Assembly: GCA_963662795.1 (NCBI GenBank)
Contig: OY759746.1
Location: 640,001 to 704,000 of the forward strand
Reading direction: 5' to 3'
Source: Spirochaetia bacterium
Lineage (GTDB): Bacteria > Spirochaetota > Spirochaetia > CADAEX01
Length of the DNA stretch: 64,000 bases
In this document: positions 1 to 8,898 of the stretch, piece after piece
Position numbering within the stretch: position 1 is the first letter of the stretch
Layout of the letters: each line of letters opens with the position of its first letter
Notes under the pieces: generated by a model
Told to the model about the DNA's origin: nothing
The model's database searches: none
What the model saw: the letters and a program-made list of their open reading frames with translations, nothing else
Position numbers and translations under genes: made by a program

Positions 1-256
1 CAGGGAAAATACTTTTTTCCAGGAGAATTTTCATTTCATTAAAACGGGAACCAAACCCCGCATGATAGTAAGGCTGCACAGGCATTCCATTTTCAAGGAG
101 AACTATCCATGCATTATTGTACTCTCTTGAATCAATAAGTAAGGTGCATATACCGTCACACAATTCGGTTACATCATCAGCATGAGTTATTAATCTATTT
201 ACAGTTCTAATTGCTTTTAATACTTCCAATTGGTGTGAATAATATTCAGAACCCAC
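1..256 (-). CDS. GAF-domain sensor protein, N-terminal part (runs off window)
   Basis: Manual translation from GTG at 256, preceded by GGAG: GSEYYSHQLEVLKAIRTVNRLITHADDVTELCDGICTLLIDSREYNNAWIVLLENG. This resembles the GAF domains of sensor kinases and HD-GYP proteins. Open to the window edge and absent from the ORF track. Confidence 0.65.
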   Translation of the reverse strand, partial: MGSEYYSHQLEVLKAIRTVNRLITHADDVTELCDGICTLLIDSREYNNAWIVLLENGMPVQPYYHAGFGSRFNEMKILLEKSIFP

Positions 257-570
257 TTTATTCTCCGCATATATTTTTCCCTGTCAGTATAAATCAGTAT
301 AAATCAGGATCAAGACTTAAACAAATATATTTTGGTTTATAAACAGATAATAATCCTATATTCTAATGATTACTTAAGATAATCATTTCAGCATTATCTG
401 TCATTCAATGATGTGATCCTAAAGCAGCCTTATATACAGGACAGCGGTCCGGCAAGCTTAATATCGGTTTACAGTTCTGTCTTCCAGGCTGCTAAAACAC
501 AAACCGATTAATTAATTATAAATTGATATTGGAAGGACTGCTCAATCTGATATTTTAAAGTATTAAATAT

Positions 571-600
571 AAAAAACACCTTCTTTAGAAGGTGTTTTTT
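571..600. terminator. Rho-independent terminator downstream of tRNA
   Basis: Perfect hairpin AAAAAACACCTTC-TTTA-GAAGGTGTTTTTT with A/T tails on both sides. Confidence 0.85.
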
Positions 601-601
601 A

Positions 602-675
602 TGGGCCCACTTGGACTTGAACCAAGGACCACTCGATTATGAGTCGAGGGCTCTAACCAACTGAGCTATAGGCCC
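602..675 (-). tRNA. tRNA-Ile2 (anticodon CAT, lysidine type); elongator Met less likely
   Basis: Reverse complement is GGGCCTATAGCTCAGTTGGTTAGAGCCCTCGACTCATAATCGAGTGGTCCTTGGTTCAAGTCCAAGTGGGCCCA: cloverleaf, T-loop GTTCAAGT, anticodon CAT, GGGCC acceptor typical of Ile2. No encoded CCA. Confidence 0.9.
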
Positions 676-807
676 GTGTTTAATTTACAGTTAATTTATA
701 TAAACATGGCTCTTTTTGTCAATAGGATTTGCCTTTTTTATAACGACTGATGACAGGTTATTGCAAAGGTAAGGCAGGAGCATCCGCAGAGTGAAAGCTC
801 CTGTTTA

Positions 808-836
808 TTGTCAAAATCCCTGATTACTGATAAAGT
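808..836 (+). promoter_or_regulatory. sigma70 promoter for the yjdF leader
   Basis: TTGTCA-17 nt-TAAAGT. Confidence 0.55.
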
Positions 837-857
837 ATATGCAAATCTCAATTTCAG

Positions 858-950
858 GTAGAAAAAAAACACAGCCCTGTAGGTAGTCAGGGCGGTCTTC
901 AGGCAGTTTCCGAAGATCCCGTAACCATCGCAGGATGTCCGTTTTTACCT
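858..950 (+). ncRNA. yjdF (azaaromatic) riboswitch
   Basis: AAAACACAGCCCTG..TAGTCAGGGCGGTC...TCCCGTAACCATCGCAGGATG matches recalled yjdF motif hallmarks. It lies directly upstream of a DUF2992/YjdF gene and is followed by a CCTCCA/TGGAGG anti-SD hairpin (948-972). Confidence 0.8.
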
Positions 951-978
951 CCAATATATTTATATCTGGAGGATTAAA

Positions 979-1362
979 ATGGAAAGGGTTGTATCAAACA
1001 TCATCTTTAACGGGCAGTTCTGGATCGCTTTGATTGAAAAATATCAGGAAGACGGCTCCCTGCTGGTCGGCAGGTATACCTTTGGCCCTGAACCTGCAAA
1101 TAATCATCTGCTTGACTTTTACTTGAATAAATATCACCTGTTGAAATTCCATCAATGTGAACCGGGATATAAGGTAAAAAAAGAGTATTCCGGAAAGGAA
1201 ACGGAAAATAACACTGGGAAATCACTCGAGTCATATAAAAAAGAACAAAAAAAATATTTAATGGAAAAGAAAAGAATAAGGAAGATAGAGAAAAAAGCCG
1301 CAGATGAAGATAAATTTATAATGAAGCGGAAAAAAAAGATCAAAAAGAGACGCGGACATTAA
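979..1362 (+). CDS. yjdF: YjdF family protein (DUF2992)
   Basis: FxGxFW..E, TFGxEP, Lys-rich tail ending KKRRGH; strong SD. Confidence 0.85.
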   Translation: MERVVSNIIFNGQFWIALIEKYQEDGSLLVGRYTFGPEPANNHLLDFYLNKYHLLKFHQCEPGYKVKKEYSGKETENNTGKSLESYKKEQKKYLMEKKRIRKIEKKAADEDKFIMKRKKKIKKRRGH

Positions 1363-1444
1363 TCAGCCGCATTAAAAACTGCTTCTGCAGGCGTCCTCCC
1401 GATTACCGGTTGACAAATTTTTCCGAATAATAAAACATGCCTTC

Positions 1445-2389
1445 ATGAATGAAAATACTTTGAAAGGCAGCATGATAACTGACCATAAGAATATACTTTA
1501 TACATTTATGCTTGGGGACGGTAAGATAAAGGGATACTTTATCAACGCAACCGAGCTTGTAAACAGGATAAGGGAAACCCACTCACTCGGCGTAATGGAA
1601 ACCCTTCTCCTCGGCCATGCACACATTGGATCCGCCCTTATGGCGGCAACACTGAAAAATAATGAAAGCATAAAACTGAAAATCGAATGCTCAGGGCCTG
1701 TAAAAGGACTTTCAGTCGAAGCTCACTCAAACGGAGAGATACGGGGCTACCTCTTCCAGAACCCGATACCGCTTGAGCCGGACATGAATACTTTTGATAC
1801 ATCACCTGTATTTCAGGCAGGGTTTCTCTCAGTAACAAGATTCGCTGAAAACAATAAAAGCTATTCAGGCCAGGTCATGATTGAACACGGAAGGATTGCG
1901 GAAGATCTTGCGAATTACTACCTCGTCTCGGAACAGAAGAAAACAGCTTTTAACCTGAGTGTCTTTTTTGACAAAGAGGGAGTTCCCAAGGGTGCGGGGG
2001 GGATTTTTCTCCAGACGCTTCCCGAAGAACAGAATATTACAGCTGTACACGGTATCTCTGAGGAACAGGATCTTCAGCAATTGCTTGAAAAAGCTGAAAA
2101 TGTTATAGGGACAATCCCTTCAATCGGTAAATATTTTTCTGAGAATTCAGACGCTGTCAGCTTTATCATGAACGCTTTTTCATCGCTCGGAATAGAGATA
2201 ATCGGATCAGCCCACGTCAATTTCAAATGCAGATGCAGCAGGGAGAGGTTTTTCTCCTTCCTCTCAGCTATGGATAAAAAAGAAATAAAATCAATTCTTG
2301 AGGATGGTGCGCTGCCGCTTAAAGTAACCTGCCACAACTGCAGCACGGATTATTTCTTTGATAAAGAGGAGATTACAAAATGTCTTTAA
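1445..2389 (+). CDS. hslO: Hsp33 redox-regulated chaperone
   Basis: YYxxSEQ, GAGG, and CxC...CxxC zinc motif (CRCS...CHNC). Confidence 0.93.
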   Translation: MNENTLKGSMITDHKNILYTFMLGDGKIKGYFINATELVNRIRETHSLGVMETLLLGHAHIGSALMAATLKNNESIKLKIECSGPVKGLSVEAHSNGEIRGYLFQNPIPLEPDMNTFDTSPVFQAGFLSVTRFAENNKSYSGQVMIEHGRIAEDLANYYLVSEQKKTAFNLSVFFDKEGVPKGAGGIFLQTLPEEQNITAVHGISEEQDLQQLLEKAENVIGTIPSIGKYFSENSDAVSFIMNAFSSLGIEIIGSAHVNFKCRCSRERFFSFLSAMDKKEIKSILEDGALPLKVTCHNCSTDYFFDKEEITKCL

Positions 2390-2390
2390 T

Positions 2391-2692
2391 TATGAAAATC
2401 ACAACCTTGGATGGCATATCTGATAAAATATTAACCGGGGTGTATTTATGGAACCTTATCAAAAACGAATTGTAAATAAGAAAATCAAAGTTCTTGAGCA
2501 TTCAGAAAAAACAGGAAATGTTTCTCTAACCTGCAGGTATTTTGAAATATCAAGGCAAACTTTTTATGAATGGGAAATGTTTTATAATTTGCACAGGCCC
2601 CATTATTCACTTTCAGGGAAAACCCCTTTCGAAGTTCTCATGAAAAAGTTAAAATCAGAGAAGAATTGTCACCCTTGGTCATGATCCACACA
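2391..2692 (+). mobile_element. Internally deleted IS481-family element (MITE-like, 302 bp)
   Basis: Imperfect 26-bp terminal IRs (2391-2416 vs 2667-2692, 16/26 match, right end ...ACA) enclose a truncated transposase ORF. Confidence 0.7.
2448..2684 (+). pseudogene. IS481-family transposase remnant (HTH fused to C-terminal tail, DDE core lost)
   Basis: GNVSLTCRYFEISRQTFYEW is joined directly to EMFYNLHRPHYSLSGKTPFE. Confidence 0.8.
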
Positions 2693-2725
2693 ACATCTCA
2701 TCTTAAACATTACAAAACATGACTC

Positions 2726-3910
2726 TTAACATTTGTAAATAGCATCATTTATATCGGGAATTCTTTCAATAGCCTCCATTAATTTTTCTTCACTGTTAAC
2801 AAGTGCAATCCTTACACAATTATATGAATTCCTGCCATATGTTACTCCCGGTGTAACCAGTACCCGGCTTTTTTCCCATAACCTTTTACTGAAATCAAGT
2901 GAATTGGCAATTGGTATTTCAGCCCAAACATAAATGCCCCCATGCGGTGTATGGCATTTCCAGCCTTTTTTTTCAAGCAACGGGATTACGGCATCCCTTC
3001 TGTTTTGATATTTTTTCGACTGTTTTTCATGTATATTATTTTTAAAAAACAGTTCAAGTGCCTTTGCTCCCGCTATCTGTACAGGGGCAAAAACTCCTGT
3101 CGTATAATCAACAAGTGAGGCTCCATAATTCTGCACAATTTCAGGATTTCCGACAATACATGCCAACCTCCATCCTGCCAGATTAAATATCTTTGAAAAA
3201 GTGAAAATTTCAATTCCTGTATTTTTAGCTCCGTTTGCCTGTAAAAAACTGACAGGTTCTCTATTGTCAAATAGAATTTCACCATAAGCATTGTCATGAC
3301 AAACTATATAACCATTTTTTTCAGCAAGAGCGGTTATTTTGTTAAATAAATCAATGTTAATGGTTGTTCCTGTTGGGTTATGGGGGTAATTCAAGTATAA
3401 CAAATCGCAATCACTACGGTCAAAAGCAGCGATATCCGGATTGTAATCATTTGATGAATCAAGGGCATATTCAATTTCCAGACCCCTGGCAATTTTAGCA
3501 GCAATTCTATAGGTTGGATAGCATATATCGGGAAGAAGAACTCCTCTTCCTTCATTTACAAAATTCACTGATAGATCAATAATTGCCCTTTTGGACCCCA
3601 TAATCGGAATAATTTCTTTTTCAGGGTCAAGTGTTACATTATATCTTTTTTTATACCATTCAGCTACAGATTCCCTGAATAACATTACCCCCCATTTCCC
3701 GGCATATTTATGACTACTTTCTTTATGTACTTCCGAACATAAAGTTTGTATTACATCAATTTCAGGAGCACCATCAGGGGATCCGATAGTTAAATCATAC
3801 GTTATCTCTCCATTTTTTATGCTTTTTTTCATATCTTCAAGTATGTGAAAAATATTGGATTCATCCCCAAAACTATTAATCAATGAAGATTTAATATTGG
3901 TTTTCATCAT
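2726..3910 (-). CDS. Class I/II PLP aminotransferase (LL-DAP aminotransferase/MtnE-like)
   Basis: LNYPHNPTG, HDNAY, FSKIFNLAGWR (PLP Lys). Start moved to the ATG at 3910 following GGAG. Confidence 0.85.
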   Translation of the reverse strand: MMKTNIKSSLINSFGDESNIFHILEDMKKSIKNGEITYDLTIGSPDGAPEIDVIQTLCSEVHKESSHKYAGKWGVMLFRESVAEWYKKRYNVTLDPEKEIIPIMGSKRAIIDLSVNFVNEGRGVLLPDICYPTYRIAAKIARGLEIEYALDSSNDYNPDIAAFDRSDCDLLYLNYPHNPTGTTINIDLFNKITALAEKNGYIVCHDNAYGEILFDNREPVSFLQANGAKNTGIEIFTFSKIFNLAGWRLACIVGNPEIVQNYGASLVDYTTGVFAPVQIAGAKALELFFKNNIHEKQSKKYQNRRDAVIPLLEKKGWKCHTPHGGIYVWAEIPIANSLDFSKRLWEKSRVLVTPGVTYGRNSYNCVRIALVNSEEKLMEAIERIPDINDAIYKC

Positions 3911-3923
3911 CTTACTCCAGTTG

Positions 3924-4667
3924 CTATATATCAATGATATGGCTTAAAAATGCTTTTGTTCTGTCAGATCCATTACCGGTAAAAAATTCTTTTGGGCTTC
4001 TCGTCTCAACTATATTTCCATTATCAAAAAATGAAATATGAGACGACACTTCTCTGGCAAAACCCATCTCATGCGTAACCACGACCATAGTCATCCCTTT
4101 TTTAGCCAGATTTTTCATAACATCAAGTACTTCTTTTATCATTTCTGGATCCAGCGCTGAAGTTGGTTCATCAAATAAAATTACTTCCGGATCCATGGCA
4201 AGAACCCTGATAATGGCTGTACGCTGTTTCTGTCCGCCTGAAAGCTGATATGGATATAAATCAGTTTTATCTGCAAGACCCACTGATTGAAATAGGCTGA
4301 TAGCCTTTTCTTCTACATTTTTTTTATCCCTTTTTAATATTTTAACCGGGGCAAGAAGTACATTTTCCATAGCCGTTAAATGAGGAAACAATTCAAAATG
4401 CTGAAAAACCATTCCTATTTTAGTTCTGATTCTTCTGATGTTTTTTTTATCAAGTATTTCATCTTTATAAACAATTTCACCGTCATTGATTTTTTCAAGC
4501 CCATTAATGCAATGGAGCAAAGTACTTTTCCCGGAACCGCTTGGACCGCAAATAACATGGACATCGCCTTTGCAGACATTTAAGTCAACACCTTTCAGTA
4601 TTTCCTGATGACCATATTTTTTATGTATATTTTTTATTCTCAGAATTGGTTTTTCATTGTTGTTCAT
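3924..4667 (-). CDS. Polar amino-acid ABC transporter ATPase (GlnQ-like)
   Basis: [28 protein letters not shown]. Confidence 0.93.
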   Translation of the reverse strand: MNNNEKPILRIKNIHKKYGHQEILKGVDLNVCKGDVHVICGPSGSGKSTLLHCINGLEKINDGEIVYKDEILDKKNIRRIRTKIGMVFQHFELFPHLTAMENVLLAPVKILKRDKKNVEEKAISLFQSVGLADKTDLYPYQLSGGQKQRTAIIRVLAMDPEVILFDEPTSALDPEMIKEVLDVMKNLAKKGMTMVVVTHEMGFAREVSSHISFFDNGNIVETRSPKEFFTGNGSDRTKAFLSHIIDI

Positions 4668-4686
4668 ATCAAAAACTCCTTAATAT

Positions 4687-5340
4687 TTAAAACTGCCCGA
4701 TCATTTTCATTTTACCTTTTTTTTCAAAAAATCTTGCAGCAGTGGATAATGTATGACAAAGAATAAAATACAGAAGCATTATATAAATAAATATAATATG
4801 AGGATTCCCGTATGTTTCCATTATTTGTGTACCCATACGGGTTATTTCTACATACCCAATTGCCGAACACATTGCTGTTGATTTTATCAGCAGTATCAGC
4901 TGCCCGATTAAGGCAGGCATGGTCTGATATAAAACCTGTGGTAAAATTATATGCCACATTATCTCAAAGGTATTCATACTTAGTGATTTTCCGGCACTGA
5001 ATTGCCCTGCACTTATTCCAATTATTCCACCACGTATTATTTCAGCAACATAGGCAGTATTAAAAAGAGTAAGAGTAACAGTACTTGAAATAAAAATATT
5101 TCTTACAGGCAGGCCAAAAAAAACAAGTAATAACAGTATAAGGAAAGGGGTACCTCGCATAAACCCAATATATGCTGAAAGTATCTGGTCAACGACAGGG
5201 ATTCGCCTCGATCGGATAAATCCGACAATAATTCCAAAAATAAATGAAAAGAGAAGCGCAGTTAGGGATAGTTTCAGCGTATAAGGAAGTCCTTTTATTA
5301 TTAATAGCCTTATTGCTATAATATGTTTATCTATATCCAT
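4687..5340 (-). CDS. Polar amino-acid ABC transporter permease
   Basis: RGTP, AYVAEIIRGGI motif. Confidence 0.9.
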   Translation of the reverse strand: MDIDKHIIAIRLLIIKGLPYTLKLSLTALLFSFIFGIIVGFIRSRRIPVVDQILSAYIGFMRGTPFLILLLLVFFGLPVRNIFISSTVTLTLFNTAYVAEIIRGGIIGISAGQFSAGKSLSMNTFEIMWHIILPQVLYQTMPALIGQLILLIKSTAMCSAIGYVEITRMGTQIMETYGNPHIIFIYIMLLYFILCHTLSTAARFFEKKGKMKMIGQF

Positions 5341-6001
5341 TATTCGCCCCGCTTTTTAGATAATATTTTTGAATGATATATACTGCCAACTGAAGACTCC
5401 AGAATGTAATATTGTAGAAAATTGCAGCTCCTAAAAAAGTAGTTCCAGGTATCAGATACATACTGTTTAAATATCTTGATGCTGATGTTAACTCTGCTAT
5501 TGCCACAAGCGTTAATAATGAAGTGTCCTTTAAAATATATGAACTTTGCCCGATAAGGCTAGGAAATATACTTTTTAACGTTTGCGGCAATATAACATAT
5601 CTTAATGATTGTAAATTACTGAAACCCAGTGCCAGACTTGCCTTTTTCTGTCCGGGAGAAACAGCTTCGATACCGCCTCTTACAATTTCTGCTATAAAAG
5701 CACTTTCATTCAAAGTAATGGCCAGGATACCTGCAACTGATGCCGGCAGCATTATACCAATATATGGAAGCCCGTAATACATCAGGTATAACTGCACTAT
5801 AAGAGGTGTTTCCCGGAAAAGATCAATATACCATTTAAAAATATTTTTAATAACCGGAAGTCTGAAACTGCATAATATTCCTAAAAAGAAACCAATGATG
5901 ATTGATAACAATATACAAATAAATGTAAATTTTATAGTAACGGCAAATCCATTTAAAAATATTGGGAAAAACCGTATAAAAAGTTTTAAATTAAATTCCA
6001 T
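5327..6001 (-). CDS. Polar amino-acid ABC transporter permease
   Basis: RETPLIVQL, AFIAEIVRGGI, LKDTSL. Confidence 0.9.
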   Translation of the reverse strand: MEFNLKLFIRFFPIFLNGFAVTIKFTFICILLSIIIGFFLGILCSFRLPVIKNIFKWYIDLFRETPLIVQLYLMYYGLPYIGIMLPASVAGILAITLNESAFIAEIVRGGIEAVSPGQKKASLALGFSNLQSLRYVILPQTLKSIFPSLIGQSSYILKDTSLLTLVAIAELTSASRYLNSMYLIPGTTFLGAAIFYNITFWSLQLAVYIIQKYYLKSGANNGYR

Positions 6002-6073
6002 AATACTTCCATTGTTAATTATGTTGCTGCCGGTATATAAAAATCACAGCAGCAACACAACATAATTATTGAA

Positions 6074-6919
6074 TTATATTGATCCCAGCTTACTGTCAGG
6101 GTCCCAGTCCCTATTCATCCACTTCTTATAAAGTTCAGCATATTTTCCGGAAAGTTTGATCTCCTGAAGAAACAAGTCAATACTGTTTTTAAACCCCCAC
6201 TCTCCGTACCCTACAGCAAATCCATATGTCTCTGTTTCATAGAATCCTTCAGGAATTAATTTAAATTCTCCGGGATAAAGCTTAAACATATCTGATGCAG
6301 CAATAGCGGATTCCATAACACAATCAATTCTGCCTGTCTTCAATGCCTCAGACCATTCCATTTTTGACTGAAATATTTTTAAATTTGCCTTTGGGAATTT
6401 TTCCTGAATTAATTTTATATAAACATTCCCTTCAGTTGAAGCAATAGTCATATTTGAATTATTTAAATCAGCGTATTTTTTTACATTTGATTTAACCGGG
6501 AGTATTGCCACTGTGCCGGTGATTAAATAGGGATCGCTTAATGCAATACTTACAGTTCTTGGAATCGAACGGGTCATATGAGCTGCAACAATATCAAAAT
6601 CCCCTTTTAACAGTCCGGGGATGAGAGCTGACCAGTCAACATCCTTAAATTCAACTTTAACACCTAATTTTTCCGCATATAAATTGATCAGGTCAATTAC
6701 AAGTCCCTCGATATTGCCGCTTTCGGGATTGATAAAACCGATAGGCGGAAATTTTGCTCTTACCCCTACCACAATTTTACCATTTTCCAAAACTGTTTTA
6801 AGTGTATCCTTTGCTATTACATTTTCTCCGGACTTCGAATCATTTGCACCGCACCCTGTAAAAAAAGACAGAGCAACAGCAACTGACAACATGATTGCAA
6901 AAAGTTTGAATTTTCTCAT
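6074..6919 (-). CDS. Amino-acid ABC transporter substrate-binding lipoprotein (family 3)
   Basis: Lipobox FTGC, WSALIPGL..GDFD, Y..LYKKW; GGAGG before the ATG at 6919. Confidence 0.9.
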   Translation of the reverse strand: MRKFKLFAIMLSVAVALSFFTGCGANDSKSGENVIAKDTLKTVLENGKIVVGVRAKFPPIGFINPESGNIEGLVIDLINLYAEKLGVKVEFKDVDWSALIPGLLKGDFDIVAAHMTRSIPRTVSIALSDPYLITGTVAILPVKSNVKKYADLNNSNMTIASTEGNVYIKLIQEKFPKANLKIFQSKMEWSEALKTGRIDCVMESAIAASDMFKLYPGEFKLIPEGFYETETYGFAVGYGEWGFKNSIDLFLQEIKLSGKYAELYKKWMNRDWDPDSKLGSI

Positions 6920-6981
6920 AAAAACCTCCATTAAAAATTTTTCATTTTATTACTTAAGAGCTCTATTAAAAGGCTCTTGTA

Positions 6982-7875
6982 TTAACCTAAAATATTATAA
7001 TTTTCCAGTAATATTTTTATGCTTCTGTCTATTTCGACATCAGGAACAACTGCGGGTAACCTGTTGTTTCCGACTGATAGATCTTTTAAATAAAGAGCTC
7101 TTTTCACTAATGCAGGGGCATAACCAAGCTTATATAATGATTCACGGAAAGAAGATAATCTGCTTTGAGCTTTTTCAGCCTCAACCATGTTCCCATCAGT
7201 AGACGATTTATAAATCAGGTTAATCCATTCAGGAACAACATTGGCAAGGCCGGAAACACATCCGGTGGCTCCAAGCTGAAAACCTTTTAAAATCAGATTA
7301 TCCGGCCCGGTATATATTTCAAAATCTTTTTTTCCGTTATCCCTGATAGAACAGTACGCTTTCATATTTTCAATATTCCCGCTGGTATCTTTTATTCCCC
7401 TGAAATTCTCATGTTCAGAAAGACGGGCTACAGTTGCAACATCAACAGGATTATGGGTAAGATTTGGTATATCATATAAATAAACAGGCGTATTAAGTGA
7501 ATCAGCAAGCATGGTAAAATGCTGGTAAATTCCTTCCTGAGTACATTTAATAAAATAAGGAGTAATTGCAGCAATTCCGTCAACTCCGCATCTTTCATAT
7601 TCCCTTGCAAGCCTTATTGTTTCAAATGTTGAAGGGTATCCGGCATTGGCGAATACTTTTACCCTCCCCGCAGCTTCGTTAACCACAGTTTCAACAATTT
7701 TGACCCTCTCTTCAAAAGAAAGTGCAGAAAAATCACCGTTCGTGCCGGAGCAGAAAATATTATTTCCGGCATTGATTTGTTTTCTTACCTGCTTTCTTAA
7801 GGAATCATAATTAACTGTTTCATCGTTGTTATAGCATGTAACTAAAGCCGTAAATGGCTGGGTCGTTTTAATCAT
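6982..7875 (-). CDS. DapA/NAL-family aldolase/lyase (probably not DHDPS)
   Basis: GTNGD replaces GTTGE; YLYDIP; GIKDTSG carries the Schiff-base Lys. Confidence 0.85.
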   Translation of the reverse strand: MIKTTQPFTALVTCYNNDETVNYDSLRKQVRKQINAGNNIFCSGTNGDFSALSFEERVKIVETVVNEAAGRVKVFANAGYPSTFETIRLAREYERCGVDGIAAITPYFIKCTQEGIYQHFTMLADSLNTPVYLYDIPNLTHNPVDVATVARLSEHENFRGIKDTSGNIENMKAYCSIRDNGKKDFEIYTGPDNLILKGFQLGATGCVSGLANVVPEWINLIYKSSTDGNMVEAEKAQSRLSSFRESLYKLGYAPALVKRALYLKDLSVGNNRLPAVVPDVEIDRSIKILLENYNILG

Positions 7876-8896
7876 TATTCCCTCCCAGTTTTATAGCATA
7901 ATCTATTGCATTTATCATACTGGTCTCATTTGCCGTACCCTTACCCGCCTTGCCGAAAGCTGTCCCATGATCAACAGAACACCTGATTATTGGCAGTCCG
8001 AGGGTAATGTTGACACCGGAGACATCAAGCCATTTGTTTTTTTCCTGATCAAAAACAAAACCAATAAGCTTAAGCGGTATATGCCCCTGATCATGATACA
8101 TGCATACCACCATGTCAAACTGACCTCCCCTGGCCTTTGAGAAAACAGTATCTGCAGGAAGAGGTCCTGTTACATTTATACCTTCTGATAACGCTTTTTC
8201 AATTGCCGGAGTTATTTCTTCAATCTCTTCCCTTCCGAACATTCCATTTTCACCGGCATGGGGATTTAACCCCGCTACAGCAATACGCGGATTTACAAAT
8301 CCCATTTTTTTCAGGACTTTATCCGCAAGACAGATTACATTATATACTCTTTCCTTTTTAACTTTTTTACAGGCTTCCATCATCGATACATGTGTTGAAA
8401 CATGCACAACCATTAACCCTTCACCCGCAAGCATCATCGTGTAATCTTTTGTTCCCGTAAAATGAGCATATATTTCAGTATGTCCTGCGTAATGGAATCC
8501 TGCCAAATTGATTGATTCCTTATTTATTGGCGCGGTTACCGTAGCATCAATTTCTTTATTTATGGCAAACTCAATGGTTTTTTTTATGGATTCAAATGCT
8601 GCACGTCCGCATTCTGCAGAAACTTTTCCGAATTCAAATTCTCCTGTTTTACAGAGTGAATGCTCATAAACATCCAAAAATCCATGCCTGTATATCCCTT
8701 TTTCAATTTTATCAATTGAATTTATTCTCAGATCAGCACCAGCTATTTTATTAGCCTGTTGCATTATATCCGAGCTTCCAATTACAAGAGGGTTGCATTT
8801 ATCATAGATAGCTTTTTTATTTAAAGCTTTTATGATAATTTCAGGGCCTATACCTGCAGGATCTCCCATTGTAATGCCGATTAAAGGTTTTCTCAT
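7868..8896 (-). CDS. pdxA: PdxA/PdxA2 (4-phospho-threonate / 4-hydroxythreonine-4-P dehydrogenase)
   Basis: GDPAGIGPE, GHTE, LNPHAGE, MYHDQGHIPLK, SVDHGTAF; clustered with a DUF1537 kinase. Confidence 0.92.
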   Translation of the reverse strand: MRKPLIGITMGDPAGIGPEIIIKALNKKAIYDKCNPLVIGSSDIMQQANKIAGADLRINSIDKIEKGIYRHGFLDVYEHSLCKTGEFEFGKVSAECGRAAFESIKKTIEFAINKEIDATVTAPINKESINLAGFHYAGHTEIYAHFTGTKDYTMMLAGEGLMVVHVSTHVSMMEACKKVKKERVYNVICLADKVLKKMGFVNPRIAVAGLNPHAGENGMFGREEIEEITPAIEKALSEGINVTGPLPADTVFSKARGGQFDMVVCMYHDQGHIPLKLIGFVFDQEKNKWLDVSGVNITLGLPIIRCSVDHGTAFGKAGKGTANETSMINAIDYAIKLGGNND

Positions 8897-8898
8897 TT

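Noticed and set aside
420-510. c-di-GMP-I/II riboswitch
   Set aside because: The conserved GCAAA/GAAA or GGGCAC/GUGCAACC elements are absent
602-675. Initiator tRNA-fMet, or tRNA as an integration site
   Set aside because: G1-C72 is paired and the anticodon stem lacks three consecutive G-C pairs. No duplicated 3' end or integrase was seen in the window.
774-804. Hairpin CAGGAGC...GCTCCTG
   Set aside because: A single short stem with a long loop and no recognisable motif; could be chance or a weak terminator
6022-6057. Hairpin TGTTGCTGC...GCAGCAACA
   Set aside because: Ordinary stabilising stem after an SBP gene in an ABC operon
6621-7202. 193-aa plus-strand ORF and the many other short overlapping ORFs in the track
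   Set aside because: Antisense or off-frame shadows of well-supported genes, with no motifs
6982-8896. dapA/dapL lysine and pdxA vitamin B6 biosynthesis
   Set aside because: The altered GTNGD motif, sigma54 catabolic context and DUF1537 linkage favour catabolic paralogues
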